Source of the DNA: Spirochaetia bacterium
GTDB taxonomy: Bacteria; Spirochaetota; Spirochaetia; CADAEX01
Assembly (NCBI GenBank): GCA_963662265.2
Contig: CAXXHA010000035.1
Location: 32,001-96,000, forward strand
Length of the DNA stretch: 64,000 bases
Reading direction: 5' to 3'
Part shown: piece after piece, positions 40,566 through 50,376 of the stretch
How the letters are laid out: each line of letters opens with the position of its first letter
How positions within the stretch are numbered: the first letter of the stretch is position 1
Position numbers and translations under genes: made by a program
Notes under the pieces: generated by a model
What the model saw: only the letters and a program-made list of their open reading frames with translations
What the model was told of the DNA's origin: nothing
The model's database searches: none

Positions 40566-41924
40566 ATGAAAGAAACAGACAGAAAAAACAGGGAGACAGA
40601 AAATAATTACTCAAAGGAAGCAATTCTCGAAAGTATATCTGATGGTGTTTTTACTGTGGATAAGTCATGGACTATAACCTATTTCAACCGTGCTGCAGAA
40701 GAGATAACAGGGATATCCAGGAAAGAGGCTCTCGGGAGAAGATGCAGCGATGTGTTCAGATCCAGCATATGCGAAGGGAGCTGTTTTCTTAAAAAGACAA
40801 TGGAAAGCGGCGATGCTGTAATCAACAAACCCTGTTTCATTATTAATTCAATGGGTGAGAAAATTCCTGTAACAATATCAACAGCTGTACTTCGTGACAG
40901 CAAAGGTAATATTGCAGGGGGTGCCGAGACATTCAGGGATCTCAGTGATATTGAGTCTTTAAGAAAGCGTCTGTCAGAGAATCTCAATGCAGGCAGCATG
41001 TACAGCCGCAGTCCCATAATGCACCGCATATTTGATATTCTCCCTGCAGTTGCATCATCAAAAAGCACTGTTCTTATTGAAGGAGATACCGGGACAGGCA
41101 AAGAGGTTCTTGCACGGACTATACACAGCCTGGGAGTGAGTCCTGATTCCCCTTTTATAGCGGTCAACTGCGGAGCCCTGCCTGATACACTTCTTGAATC
41201 TGAACTTTTCGGTTATAAAAAAGGGGCATTCACAGGCGCGGAAACTGACAAACCCGGTAGATTCGCTCTTGCAGGGGACGGGACTATTTTTCTTGATGAG
41301 ATAGGCGAGATCAGTCCTGCGCTTCAGGTACGTCTTTTGAGAGTTCTTCAGGAGCACACATTTGAGCCGCTCGGAAGTGTGAAATCCGAAACAACAAATG
41401 CCAGGGTAATTGCCGCTACAAACAGGAATCTTTCAGAACTGGTAAAAGAGGGGAAATTCCGGGAAGACCTGTTTTATCGGATAAATATTATCAGAATTGA
41501 GCTTCCCCCTCTTTGCCTGCGAAAAGAGGATATACCTGTTTTCACGGAAAAATTCATAAACAAATACAATTCAATACAGGGGAAGTCTGTTGAAGGGGCT
41601 GCCCCCGAGGTGTATTCCGCATTTATGGCATATGACTGGCCCGGTAATGTCAGGGAGCTTGAAAATATAATAGAAAGAGCTTTTGTAATGTGTCCCGGGG
41701 GAACGATTGAACTCAAGCATATCCCTGATGAAATCATAGGTTCTGTTAAAATGAGAAACGGGACATCCACTTCAATATCTGTCATAAAAAATGCTGCTGA
41801 AAAGGAGATAATTGAAGAGGTCCTTTCAAGGCATAAGGGTAATTATGCTGCCGCAGCTTCGGAGCTTAAAATACACCGGGCGACCCTTTACCGCAAGATA
41901 AAAAAGCTGAATATCAGACAATGA
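40566..41924 (+). CDS. PAS-domain sigma-54 activator, OrpR-like
   Basis: PAS with C-x8-C-x3-C (RCSDVFRSSICEGSC), GDTGTGKE, GAFTGA, WPGNVRELEN, Fis-type HTH. Confidence 0.9.
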   Translation: MKETDRKNRETENNYSKEAILESISDGVFTVDKSWTITYFNRAAEEITGISRKEALGRRCSDVFRSSICEGSCFLKKTMESGDAVINKPCFIINSMGEKIPVTISTAVLRDSKGNIAGGAETFRDLSDIESLRKRLSENLNAGSMYSRSPIMHRIFDILPAVASSKSTVLIEGDTGTGKEVLARTIHSLGVSPDSPFIAVNCGALPDTLLESELFGYKKGAFTGAETDKPGRFALAGDGTIFLDEIGEISPALQVRLLRVLQEHTFEPLGSVKSETTNARVIAATNRNLSELVKEGKFREDLFYRINIIRIELPPLCLRKEDIPVFTEKFINKYNSIQGKSVEGAAPEVYSAFMAYDWPGNVRELENIIERAFVMCPGGTIELKHIPDEIIGSVKMRNGTSTSISVIKNAAEKEIIEEVLSRHKGNYAAAASELKIHRATLYRKIKKLNIRQ

Positions 41925-41927
41925 TAT
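41901..41927 (+). repeat. Left copy of direct repeat (3' end of activator gene)
   Basis: AAAAAGCTGAATATCAGACAATGATAT. Confidence 0.85.
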
Positions 41928-42231
41928 TTTCATTGTTGTATGTTCAGATTGAATTAAATTCATACATTTTACTTTCTTTCATTTTTATAATAATTAATAA
42001 AAATTTATCATAATTGTAAATTATCTGCCAGCTCATTTTTGTCTTAAATGGTAGTTGGCATGGCTGCTCCTATGATTGCTTTTTATAATCCGCATAATTA
42101 GCACCTTTTGACCAGTAAAACGGTACTTTTCGCCGATTTTATCTCGACATTTATCCTGCTAAAGTTTTATCACTAATAATTTTCATAATATGTTTGATCA
42201 TTATTATAACCAGCAACCAGAGGTAGATAAA

Positions 42232-44925
42232 ATGAAATTAAGAAACCTGGCATTTTTTTTCCTGCTGTGCCTGTCATTACAGCTTCTTGAAGCGCAGGAT
42301 ATGGATGTTAAGGCGTTAGCAGAAAAAGATCTTTTTAGAGGCGATGTTCCTTCAAAAGAAATAAAGGCTGAGCGGAATAAAATGTGGGAAGATGTGTCTA
42401 TATCGCTTTTAGTTAAGGAGATAGAAGCAGAGGCAGATGCAGCCGGCCTTGAATCTTTCAGTCTGAATATTTCAGACAATGCTATTAATATAATTTACCG
42501 TGATATCCGCTTTCTTCCGGATTCTGCAGAGGTTACTCCTGAGACTATGAATAAGATCAATAAGCTGACAGAAATACTGAAGCGGTTCTCTAATATGGCT
42601 CTGCTCGTTCAAGGTCATACAGCAAAACTTTCACCGGAAGATACAGATGACGGGTTGGAATTGTCAAAAGAAAGGGCCTGTTCTGTTGCTGGAATAATTA
42701 TAAAAACAGGAATTTTCAAGTCTGAACAAATAGAAGCTGTTGGCAGGGGGTTTTATGAACCTGTAGCAGATAATGAGACTCAGGAAGGAAGAGCGTTAAA
42801 CCGCCGTGTTGAGATTTCTATAGTAGGCTCTGTTGATCAGAACACCGGCTCTGAGATGGCTTTCTGGAACGTTCTAAGCTCATCAATGAGTCCTGGCTTT
42901 ATTGCCTATTTTGTTTGCAATAATGATATTGAAGCTGTAAAAGCAAGGCTTGAAGAAGAGGGACTCTCTGATTTTGTATTTGCTGAAACTTCGGCAGGGG
43001 TTGGTATTATAGATAATACAATTTCCTATATGGATAATGGTGCGCCTGATTCCGGCAGTATGGAAAGAATGCAGCGGATTGGCAGTCTCCTTCCTCTGAT
43101 AAATTATAATGCTGAAGTCAGAATCGGAGGATATGGATCTGAGTTGCCAATTGAAGAGATTGAAAAGCTTCACTTTCTAACAGCTTATACCCTGGGTGCT
43201 ATTATCGGCTTTAAGCCGGAGAACATAATATACAGCGCTGCCCCGTATATCCTTACTAAAGCAACAGCAGAGCTGAGTAGCGGTAAAGTCACTGCAGCAG
43301 ACGGTTCTCCAATAGAGCTGGAAGATGGTGAGACTTCCTTTTGTGCAACTGTTCCATACTCTGTGGATTCACTGCTGATTGATCTGACTACAGCGGATCC
43401 GCTTGCAGAGATTACTGGACTTGCTGAAGATGCAGTTCCCATTGTTCCCGGAAATAACGGGATTTCAGTTACTGTAGAGTCAAGAGCAGGAGAGCAGAGG
43501 ATTTCTCAAACCTACAGCTTGACAGTATTTCGGCAAAAGGCAGAACTTCAGTCATTATCGATAACATCTGAAGACAACCCAATCGCAATAAATCCGGAAT
43601 TTTCCTCTGAAATAAAAACATACCAGACAGAGGTCCCGTATGTGGTTACTGATGTTGAAGTAGTTCCTTCAATATTGCCGGAAGATGAAGATGCCGGTGC
43701 TGTTGTAAGTATTGATAGAAACTATACAGAAGGGCTGACCCCGGGTAAAAATACTATAACACTTACCCTGTCAGACGGATCCCCCATAGATGATAAATAC
43801 ACAATCGATGTTGTCCGTCAGGGACCGGCTTCAACAATGCTTGATGAAATTTCTGTTATAGAAACAAATGGAGAGTTCCTTGAGCTTTATCCTTCATTCA
43901 GTCCTGATATAACTGAATACAGGGTTTCAGTTCCTTACTCTGTCAGCTCTGTCTCTGTCAATTCATTACCGGCAGATGAAGCAGCGCAGATAGACAAAGA
44001 GACCTCGGAAGTTCAGCTGTCAGTGGGATATAACGAGTTTACAACCGTATTAAGAGACCAGCTCGGCAAAAATCCTACAGAATATAAATTATTAATTGAG
44101 CGGTCATCCCCGCTTCTTTCTGTTTTGGAAATAAAGCCGGAAGAAAATAATGAAGAAATTCTTCTGGTTCCGGAATTCAGTCCAGAGACTACTGCCTATT
44201 CGGTTACTGTCCCGTATAAAACAAATAAGCTTCAGTTATTTGCGGCGCTTATCGATGAGGACGTTGCGGCCGGAGCATCAGTAGAGATTGTTTCAGAAAC
44301 CGAAGGAGAGCTTCCTGTAGGAACAACCGGGACAATAATCCGCATTACCTATGATGAGGGAAAAACTTCTGATTACACTGTTGATATTACCCGGGAAGAG
44401 AAAGATGAGTTTACTTTCGATATCTTTGGAATCAGTCTCAAACCAGGATGGTATGTTACCCCGGCTGCCGCATTCTATACAGAAGGTATCGGCTTTACTC
44501 TTAATGGGGGTATGACTGTAATAATTACCGAAGATTCAGATGTTAAGGAATATTTAAAACCGTTAAGAATCGGACTTGGCGCTCACTTTCATGAAGGAAC
44601 AGGAAATTATCTGACAATACTCTCCGGGGGAGGCTTTTTAAGCATGGAATATATTTTCCCGACAGAAAAAATTCTGCCCGATCAGTGGTATTTCCCGAAA
44701 GCAATTATACCAAGACTGGAAACCGGAATTGCATATTACGGAATAGATTATACAGAAGGGATCTACCATGAAGGAGCCGCCTTCTATCTCGCGCCAGCAG
44801 TAAGGACAGATTTCATTTTCCCGGCTATGCCTGAAACATTGTTCGGCCTGGATATTTCCTACACTTCCTATATAAGTTCCATACCGGTTCACTATGTCAG
44901 CATTGGTGCTTCGGTTTCCTGGTAA
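42232..44925 (+). CDS. OmpA-domain protein with cadherin-like beta-sandwich repeats and probable C-terminal beta-barrel
   Basis: Signal peptide; OmpA_C motifs (QGHTA, LSKERA, GRALNRRVEI); ~4 repeats containing VPY (mostly FS..Y..VPY); amphipathic C-terminal strands ending GASVSW. Confidence 0.8.
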   Translation: MKLRNLAFFFLLCLSLQLLEAQDMDVKALAEKDLFRGDVPSKEIKAERNKMWEDVSISLLVKEIEAEADAAGLESFSLNISDNAINIIYRDIRFLPDSAEVTPETMNKINKLTEILKRFSNMALLVQGHTAKLSPEDTDDGLELSKERACSVAGIIIKTGIFKSEQIEAVGRGFYEPVADNETQEGRALNRRVEISIVGSVDQNTGSEMAFWNVLSSSMSPGFIAYFVCNNDIEAVKARLEEEGLSDFVFAETSAGVGIIDNTISYMDNGAPDSGSMERMQRIGSLLPLINYNAEVRIGGYGSELPIEEIEKLHFLTAYTLGAIIGFKPENIIYSAAPYILTKATAELSSGKVTAADGSPIELEDGETSFCATVPYSVDSLLIDLTTADPLAEITGLAEDAVPIVPGNNGISVTVESRAGEQRISQTYSLTVFRQKAELQSLSITSEDNPIAINPEFSSEIKTYQTEVPYVVTDVEVVPSILPEDEDAGAVVSIDRNYTEGLTPGKNTITLTLSDGSPIDDKYTIDVVRQGPASTMLDEISVIETNGEFLELYPSFSPDITEYRVSVPYSVSSVSVNSLPADEAAQIDKETSEVQLSVGYNEFTTVLRDQLGKNPTEYKLLIERSSPLLSVLEIKPEENNEEILLVPEFSPETTAYSVTVPYKTNKLQLFAALIDEDVAAGASVEIVSETEGELPVGTTGTIIRITYDEGKTSDYTVDITREEKDEFTFDIFGISLKPGWYVTPAAAFYTEGIGFTLNGGMTVIITEDSDVKEYLKPLRIGLGAHFHEGTGNYLTILSGGGFLSMEYIFPTEKILPDQWYFPKAIIPRLETGIAYYGIDYTEGIYHEGAAFYLAPAVRTDFIFPAMPETLFGLDISYTSYISSIPVHYVSIGASVSW

Positions 44926-44942
44926 AAAGAAGGAGTATTTAT

Positions 44943-47243
44943 ATGAAAGAAAATATATTTAAAACAAATCTTATTAACATATTGATTATTATCTGCCTTT
45001 GTTTTTCCGGCTGTACAGATATGAGTATAATGAGCGAAGAAGCAAAAACAGAATTCAATGAGTCCTCGGTTTCTGCAGACTCTAAGAATCTCACAGAATC
45101 CAGCATAACCTTTGCCTCCGGAGACACATCATCCTCTGTTACATCAGCTTTTTTGCTGCCGATAAGTGGTGAAGAAGGGAGCTCAATAATATGGAGTTCA
45201 TCAAATACTGAAATAATAACAATTGCTGATGATGGAAGTACAACAGTTACCCGGCCTTCAGGCTCCAATGCCACAGTTACACTGACTGCAACTATTACCA
45301 AGGGTTCAGTCAAATCCACAAAAACATTTACTGTCACTGTTCTTGCAGCTGATGTTGCATATCACACTATAACCTTTAATGCCAGCGGAGGAAGCGGAAG
45401 CATGGGCAGCCAGACTGTTGCAGAAGGTGTAACAGCCAGCCTCAATGCCAATGCCTTTACATATACAGGTCATACCTTCAGCGGATGGGCTACTTCAGCC
45501 GGAGGAAGCGTGGCATATGCAGACGGGGGAAGCTACACCATGGGCAGCTCTGATGTAACTCTGTATGCAGTCTGGACAGCACTTCCGCCTGCTTCTCACG
45601 CTATAACCTTTAACGCCAACGGAGGAAGCGGAAGCATGGGCAGCCAGAGTGTTGCAGAAGGTGCAACCGCCAGCCTCAATGCCAATGCCTATACATATAC
45701 AGGACATACCTTCAGCGGATGGGCTACTACAGCAGGCGGCCTGGTTGCTTATACAGACGGGGCTGACTACACAATGGGCTCCTCTGACGTAACTCTTTAT
45801 GCTGTGTGGGCTGCTGTCCCCCCTTCTTCTCATACCATAACCTTCAATGCAAACGGAGGAAGCGGAAGCATGAGCACCCAAACCATACATGAGGGAGCAT
45901 CTGTAAACCTCAATGCCAATAGTTTTACATATGCCGGCCATGCCTTCAGCGGATGGGCCGAAACTCCAGGCGGTTCAGTTGCTTATACAGACGGGGGAAG
46001 CTATACTATGGGAGTTTCAGATGTAATTCTTTATGCAGTCTGGATAGCCAATACCCACACTATAACCTTCAACGCCAACGGAGGAAGCGGAAGCATGAGC
46101 ACCCAAACCATACATGAGGGAGCATCTGTAAACCTCAATGCCAATAGTTTTACATATGCCGGCCATACCTTCAGCGGATGGGCCACAACAGCGGGAGGTA
46201 CAGTTGCCTATGCAGACGGTGCCGACTACACCATGGGCAGCTCCGACGTAACACTATACGCGGTATGGCGCCTCAATATATCAATCAGCTCAATAACACC
46301 TGACGGTGAAACATCAGTTTCATCTGATACTGACATTGTAATAGTATTTTCAGATAGTCTTGATGGAAAAACAAAAGGAGCAATAAGCTTCGCATCTCCG
46401 GCTGTCACCTTTACAGATGGGGTTAATGCTTCAATTACTTTCAGCTCCACAAATAAAATAAATGATACTATTAGGATAAACCCGACAGGAAATCTTCAGC
46501 AAACAAACTACACTTCTATCACTGTTTCCGGTTTCAGGGACAGCTACTCATCGGATGTAACTTGCTCTGACTCTGCTTATTACTTCCCCGTAAGAGGCGC
46601 AATGGATCTTTACTTCCCCTTTACAAATGGTTCACTGACAGATGCAAGCGGAAGGGGCGTTACATTAGTACCATCCGGAGGTCCAGCATTAACAGCAGGA
46701 CATGATGGAAGCGCTAACGGCGCCTACCGCTTTGACGGGACAAATGACTACATGCAGGTTAATGGGGATCTGGGCATAGACTGTGATGCTGATTTCACCA
46801 TAAGCGCATGGATTTATCTTACCTCTATCGCAAATTACAGAGCCATCGTTTCAAATTACCATACAACTGGAGCAAACGGCTTAATGTTCAGGGTTAACTC
46901 CAATTGGGCCGGTCACACGAATGCTTTGGACCTATCGGAAGGATATTCTTCTAATGGTGTATTAAGTACAGGCAGATGGCTCCATGTTGTTGCCGTATAC
47001 ACGGAAGCAACCTCAAAAGTACAATTTTATGTAAATGGAGCTGCTGCCGGTTATACTTCAACCGGTTACAATATCGGGGATCCATTGCTAAAGGATTCAA
47101 GAAATAAATTCGCAATTGGTGCTGATTACCTTATTGGCGGCGCAAGATATTTCCCCGGAACAATAGATGAAGTGAGGTTTTACAAATACGCCTTGACAGC
47201 AGGCGAGGTTGCCAATCTTTACAATCACAATGATATCTATTGA
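44943..47243 (+). CDS. Surface lipoprotein: Ig-like, 4x InlB B-repeats, Ig-like, LamG/concanavalin-like
   Basis: FSGC lipobox; TITFNANGGSG...GHTFSGW...VTLYAVW x4; FTISAWI, WLHVVAVY, GTIDEVRFY. Confidence 0.87.
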   Translation: MKENIFKTNLINILIIICLCFSGCTDMSIMSEEAKTEFNESSVSADSKNLTESSITFASGDTSSSVTSAFLLPISGEEGSSIIWSSSNTEIITIADDGSTTVTRPSGSNATVTLTATITKGSVKSTKTFTVTVLAADVAYHTITFNASGGSGSMGSQTVAEGVTASLNANAFTYTGHTFSGWATSAGGSVAYADGGSYTMGSSDVTLYAVWTALPPASHAITFNANGGSGSMGSQSVAEGATASLNANAYTYTGHTFSGWATTAGGLVAYTDGADYTMGSSDVTLYAVWAAVPPSSHTITFNANGGSGSMSTQTIHEGASVNLNANSFTYAGHAFSGWAETPGGSVAYTDGGSYTMGVSDVILYAVWIANTHTITFNANGGSGSMSTQTIHEGASVNLNANSFTYAGHTFSGWATTAGGTVAYADGADYTMGSSDVTLYAVWRLNISISSITPDGETSVSSDTDIVIVFSDSLDGKTKGAISFASPAVTFTDGVNASITFSSTNKINDTIRINPTGNLQQTNYTSITVSGFRDSYSSDVTCSDSAYYFPVRGAMDLYFPFTNGSLTDASGRGVTLVPSGGPALTAGHDGSANGAYRFDGTNDYMQVNGDLGIDCDADFTISAWIYLTSIANYRAIVSNYHTTGANGLMFRVNSNWAGHTNALDLSEGYSSNGVLSTGRWLHVVAVYTEATSKVQFYVNGAAAGYTSTGYNIGDPLLKDSRNKFAIGADYLIGGARYFPGTIDEVRFYKYALTAGEVANLYNHNDIY

Positions 47244-47252
47244 CGAAAAAAC

Positions 47253-47290
47253 ATCTAAACGGAAGGGGAATTTGCCCCTTCCGTTTAGAT
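47253..47290 (+). terminator. Strong hairpin after the surface-protein operon
   Basis: 16 bp perfect stem ATCTAAACGGAAGGGG/CCCCTTCCGTTTAGAT. Confidence 0.7.
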
Positions 47291-47343
47291 TTAACATAGC
47301 AATTAACTGGCAGATTAGTTGATTCTGCACTATACTTCTGGAG

Positions 47344-48015
47344 ATGAAAATGACAAGAGTCTTTCTGGTCGACGACCATAAAATACTGCTTCCGGGAATT
47401 AAAATAATAATAGAATCTCTTCCTGACTTTTCAGTTGTTGGAGAAGCCTACGACGGGCTTAGTGCTGTAAAGAAAATAACAGAGCTTGAGCCTGATATCT
47501 GTGTTGTTGACCTCTCTATTCCCCTTCTTAACGGATTCGGTGTTGCCCAGAAGCTTCAGGAAGGTCACATTGATTCAAAGATAATTCTCTTAACATCCTT
47601 TGTGGACGACTCTTTAGTATCCAGGGCGCTTCAATTCAGGATTGCCGGTTATGTGCTTAAAGAAAACAATACAGAGGAGCTTAAAAGAGCTCTTTTGGAG
47701 GTCCGTGACGGTAACCGCTACTTCTGCCCCAGTGTTATGACAAAAATGATTAATAAAATGGAGAAGCTTGAATCAGGCGGGGATGAAGAACATCAGACTG
47801 CAATTGTAAACTCCCTCTCTCCACGGGAACAGGACGTTCTAATGCTGGTGGCAAACGGGCTTACCGGCAAGGAGATCTGCTGTAAACTGAATATCTCGGA
47901 ATCAACCCTTAAAAAACACAAGACAAGTCTTCTTAAAAAGATGGATGTAAAAACAACCAATGAACTTATAGCGCTTGTTAACAAGGATGAACGATTTGCA
48001 AGGCTTCTCACATGA
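47344..48015 (+). CDS. NarL/LuxR family response regulator
   Basis: LVDDH, VVDLSIP, GYVLK, LSPREQDVL HTH. Confidence 0.93.
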   Translation: MKMTRVFLVDDHKILLPGIKIIIESLPDFSVVGEAYDGLSAVKKITELEPDICVVDLSIPLLNGFGVAQKLQEGHIDSKIILLTSFVDDSLVSRALQFRIAGYVLKENNTEELKRALLEVRDGNRYFCPSVMTKMINKMEKLESGGDEEHQTAIVNSLSPREQDVLMLVANGLTGKEICCKLNISESTLKKHKTSLLKKMDVKTTNELIALVNKDERFARLLT

Positions 48016-49966
48016 AAATTTCAATAAACTCTTTTTAGCGGCTGCTTTGCTTCTTATGCTGGCCGGGAATGCTGCTGCAGAAGCAAGTATACAAAAAGAG
48101 CCGGACTGGAACGGAGAAGAGATTATAGGGATCTCAGGCAACTGGAATTTCTACTGGAACACCATGTTAACTTCAATGGATGACATCCCTGATGGTGTAA
48201 AAGCATATACAATTCCCTTTATCGGTTCATGGCATACCAACACAAAAGGAGAAGAACAGCTGCCCCGGCACGGCTGCGGAACCTATCAGAAACGTATTAT
48301 GCTGCCGCCGGAAACAGGAAGTCGTGTAATATTACGGATCCCTCAGTTAGATACCGCGCTAAGGATATTCTGCAACGGAGTAGAGATATTCTCTAACGGT
48401 ACAGTGGGATGCAGCGCAGAGACAACAAAACCAGTCAGCTACAAACCGGTTCTGAGAGAAATTTCATCTGCAACCGGTATATACGATATATCAATCCAGG
48501 CTGCAAACTTCGACCTTGATTCATTCGGCTACTATATGGTTCCTGTTATTGCATCTGCTGATAAGGCATTCAAAGTACAGTTTATTGCTTTTATGTCCAA
48601 TGCGCTGATTGTGACGGCGCTTTTCATTTTATCGTTATATCTTCTTGTTACCGGTATAAAAATGGAAAATAACCGATGGTGTTTATATCTCTGTTTTTTG
48701 TATCTTGCAAACGTATTGTACCTGTTGGTAAATGGAGAGGTTTTTCTGGGGCAGATAGGGCTTTCAAGACTATATATATGGAAATTCCATTATCTTTCCC
48801 GGTTTTTAACCTCATTCTTCTTTTTCTGTTTTACAACCGAGTTCTTTCATGTCAGGATTCCGTCAAAATTAAATCTTGCTAAAAATATTTTCGCGGTACT
48901 GCTTTTATCTGTTTTCCTGCTGGCAGACCTGCCTCTGCTGCAGCGTTTTTTTCTATTATCACAAGTCATAGCCTATGGAGTAATAATCTACGGTATTGTA
49001 GTTTCATTAAAAGGGATTATCGAAAAATATCCATACGCGAGGGTGTTCTTTATATCAATTATTATTGTTGCTGTTTTTATGAGTTTTGATCTGATAAACA
49101 TTCCAACATCATGGCCAATACTTTTTAACTGTAAAACCTCCATCGGTTTAATATTTTTCGGTTTAATACATTTATTTCTTCTGATAGATATGATGAAGAA
49201 TCATTTGAATACAATTGAAGAACTTGTTGAAAGAAGAACAAGGGCGCTTGAGGTTTCTCTATGGGCCCAGGCCAGGCATGCAAGAGTTGGAGAGATGCTT
49301 AATTTCATTGCACATCAATGGCAGCAATACCTGTATGCAATTTCAATCAATGTAGAGGGACTTAAGCAGGAGAAGGATAGAAGCTTTCCTGAAGAAAAGA
49401 GATACGAAATCTACGGAACTATATCTGAAGCTGTAAAAAGTATGTTCTCTACACTGAAGGATTTCAGAAATTTTTTAAGTCCGGTTCAGGAACGTGAACG
49501 TTTCAATGCAGCAGATGAGTGCAAAAAGGTTTTCTCGCTGATGGAAGATCTTTTCCTGACAAATGGGATAGAAGTATCTATCGAAACCAGCGGTGACACA
49601 AGGATTTGGGGGATAAAAAATGAACTTCAGCAGGTGGTGCTTAACCTTTTGACAAACGCTGTCAACATAATCATGAAGCGCTCTATAGTTTCCCCTTATA
49701 TTCGTTTTGTTCTGGAGGGTGATTCTGATCTTGTAACTATAAGCGTAGAAGACAACGGCGGTGGTATTTCGGACAGTCTTCGTGAGGAACTGTTTGAGCG
49801 TGAAAAAACAGAAATAACTGATGGAAGCGGTATGGGGTTATATATGTCAAGAAGGATAATACGGGAACGGTTCCATGGAGAATTATCCTGTAAAGAAGGC
49901 CTGGCAGGAGCCATCTTTGTGATCACCATCCCCAGGGATTACAGGAGAAGCAAAAGGCAGAAATAA
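47987..49966 (+). CDS. Membrane sensor histidine kinase (7TM-DISM-like); start uncertain
   Basis: Extracellular GNWNFYW domain, ~7 TM, IAHQW H-box, NLLTNA, DNGGG, GSGMGLY. Confidence 0.85.
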   Translation: MNDLQGFSHENFNKLFLAAALLLMLAGNAAAEASIQKEPDWNGEEIIGISGNWNFYWNTMLTSMDDIPDGVKAYTIPFIGSWHTNTKGEEQLPRHGCGTYQKRIMLPPETGSRVILRIPQLDTALRIFCNGVEIFSNGTVGCSAETTKPVSYKPVLREISSATGIYDISIQAANFDLDSFGYYMVPVIASADKAFKVQFIAFMSNALIVTALFILSLYLLVTGIKMENNRWCLYLCFLYLANVLYLLVNGEVFLGQIGLSRLYIWKFHYLSRFLTSFFFFCFTTEFFHVRIPSKLNLAKNIFAVLLLSVFLLADLPLLQRFFLLSQVIAYGVIIYGIVVSLKGIIEKYPYARVFFISIIIVAVFMSFDLINIPTSWPILFNCKTSIGLIFFGLIHLFLLIDMMKNHLNTIEELVERRTRALEVSLWAQARHARVGEMLNFIAHQWQQYLYAISINVEGLKQEKDRSFPEEKRYEIYGTISEAVKSMFSTLKDFRNFLSPVQERERFNAADECKKVFSLMEDLFLTNGIEVSIETSGDTRIWGIKNELQQVVLNLLTNAVNIIMKRSIVSPYIRFVLEGDSDLVTISVEDNGGGISDSLREELFEREKTEITDGSGMGLYMSRRIIRERFHGELSCKEGLAGAIFVITIPRDYRRSKRQK

Positions 49967-50126
49967 AAGTCACTGCTTATGGTTTTTCAATTTTATCTCC
50001 TTTCCACTAATCCCGGCAGCATGACAGAACTCAGGAATCTTCCTGATTAGCTCATAGGCACTCCTGTAAATCCTGTAAAGAAAAATGATAAAAATATTTC
50101 AATTTCAAAGATAAAAGATTTCGCTG

Positions 50127-50153
50127 AAAAAGCTGAATATCAGACAATAATAT
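50127..50153 (+). repeat. Right copy of direct repeat
   Basis: AAAAAGCTGAATATCAGACAATAATAT. Confidence 0.85.
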
Positions 50154-50376
50154 ATTCAGCATTAGTCTTTCTGATTTTTATCATTATTCTGTAAAGATTG
50201 AAATAAATTCATAGATAGTCTGTTTTCTTCTATTATAGTGAAATATATACATTTCATACAAACTGCAATTATATTGACAACATTTACTGATTTCTGTTTA
50301 TTCCTAAACCCTGTCGGCAGAGCATTTCCGGTTACAGAAATGCTCTGAAACAGTGACAAAAAACGGGGTAATAAAA

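Larger units (their letters stand above)
41923..50148. mobile_element. Putative ~8.2 kb inserted island with no integrase
   Basis: Flanked by 22 bp identical (27 bp with 1 mismatch) copies of the activator gene's 3' end; contains surface proteins and a two-component system. Confidence 0.55.

Noticed and set aside
42056-42075. sigma-54 promoter at TTGGCATGG
   Set aside because: No GC at the -12 position
44943-47243. Diversity-generating retroelement target
   Set aside because: No reverse transcriptase and no adenine-specific TR/VR pair; the repeats are in-frame domain duplications
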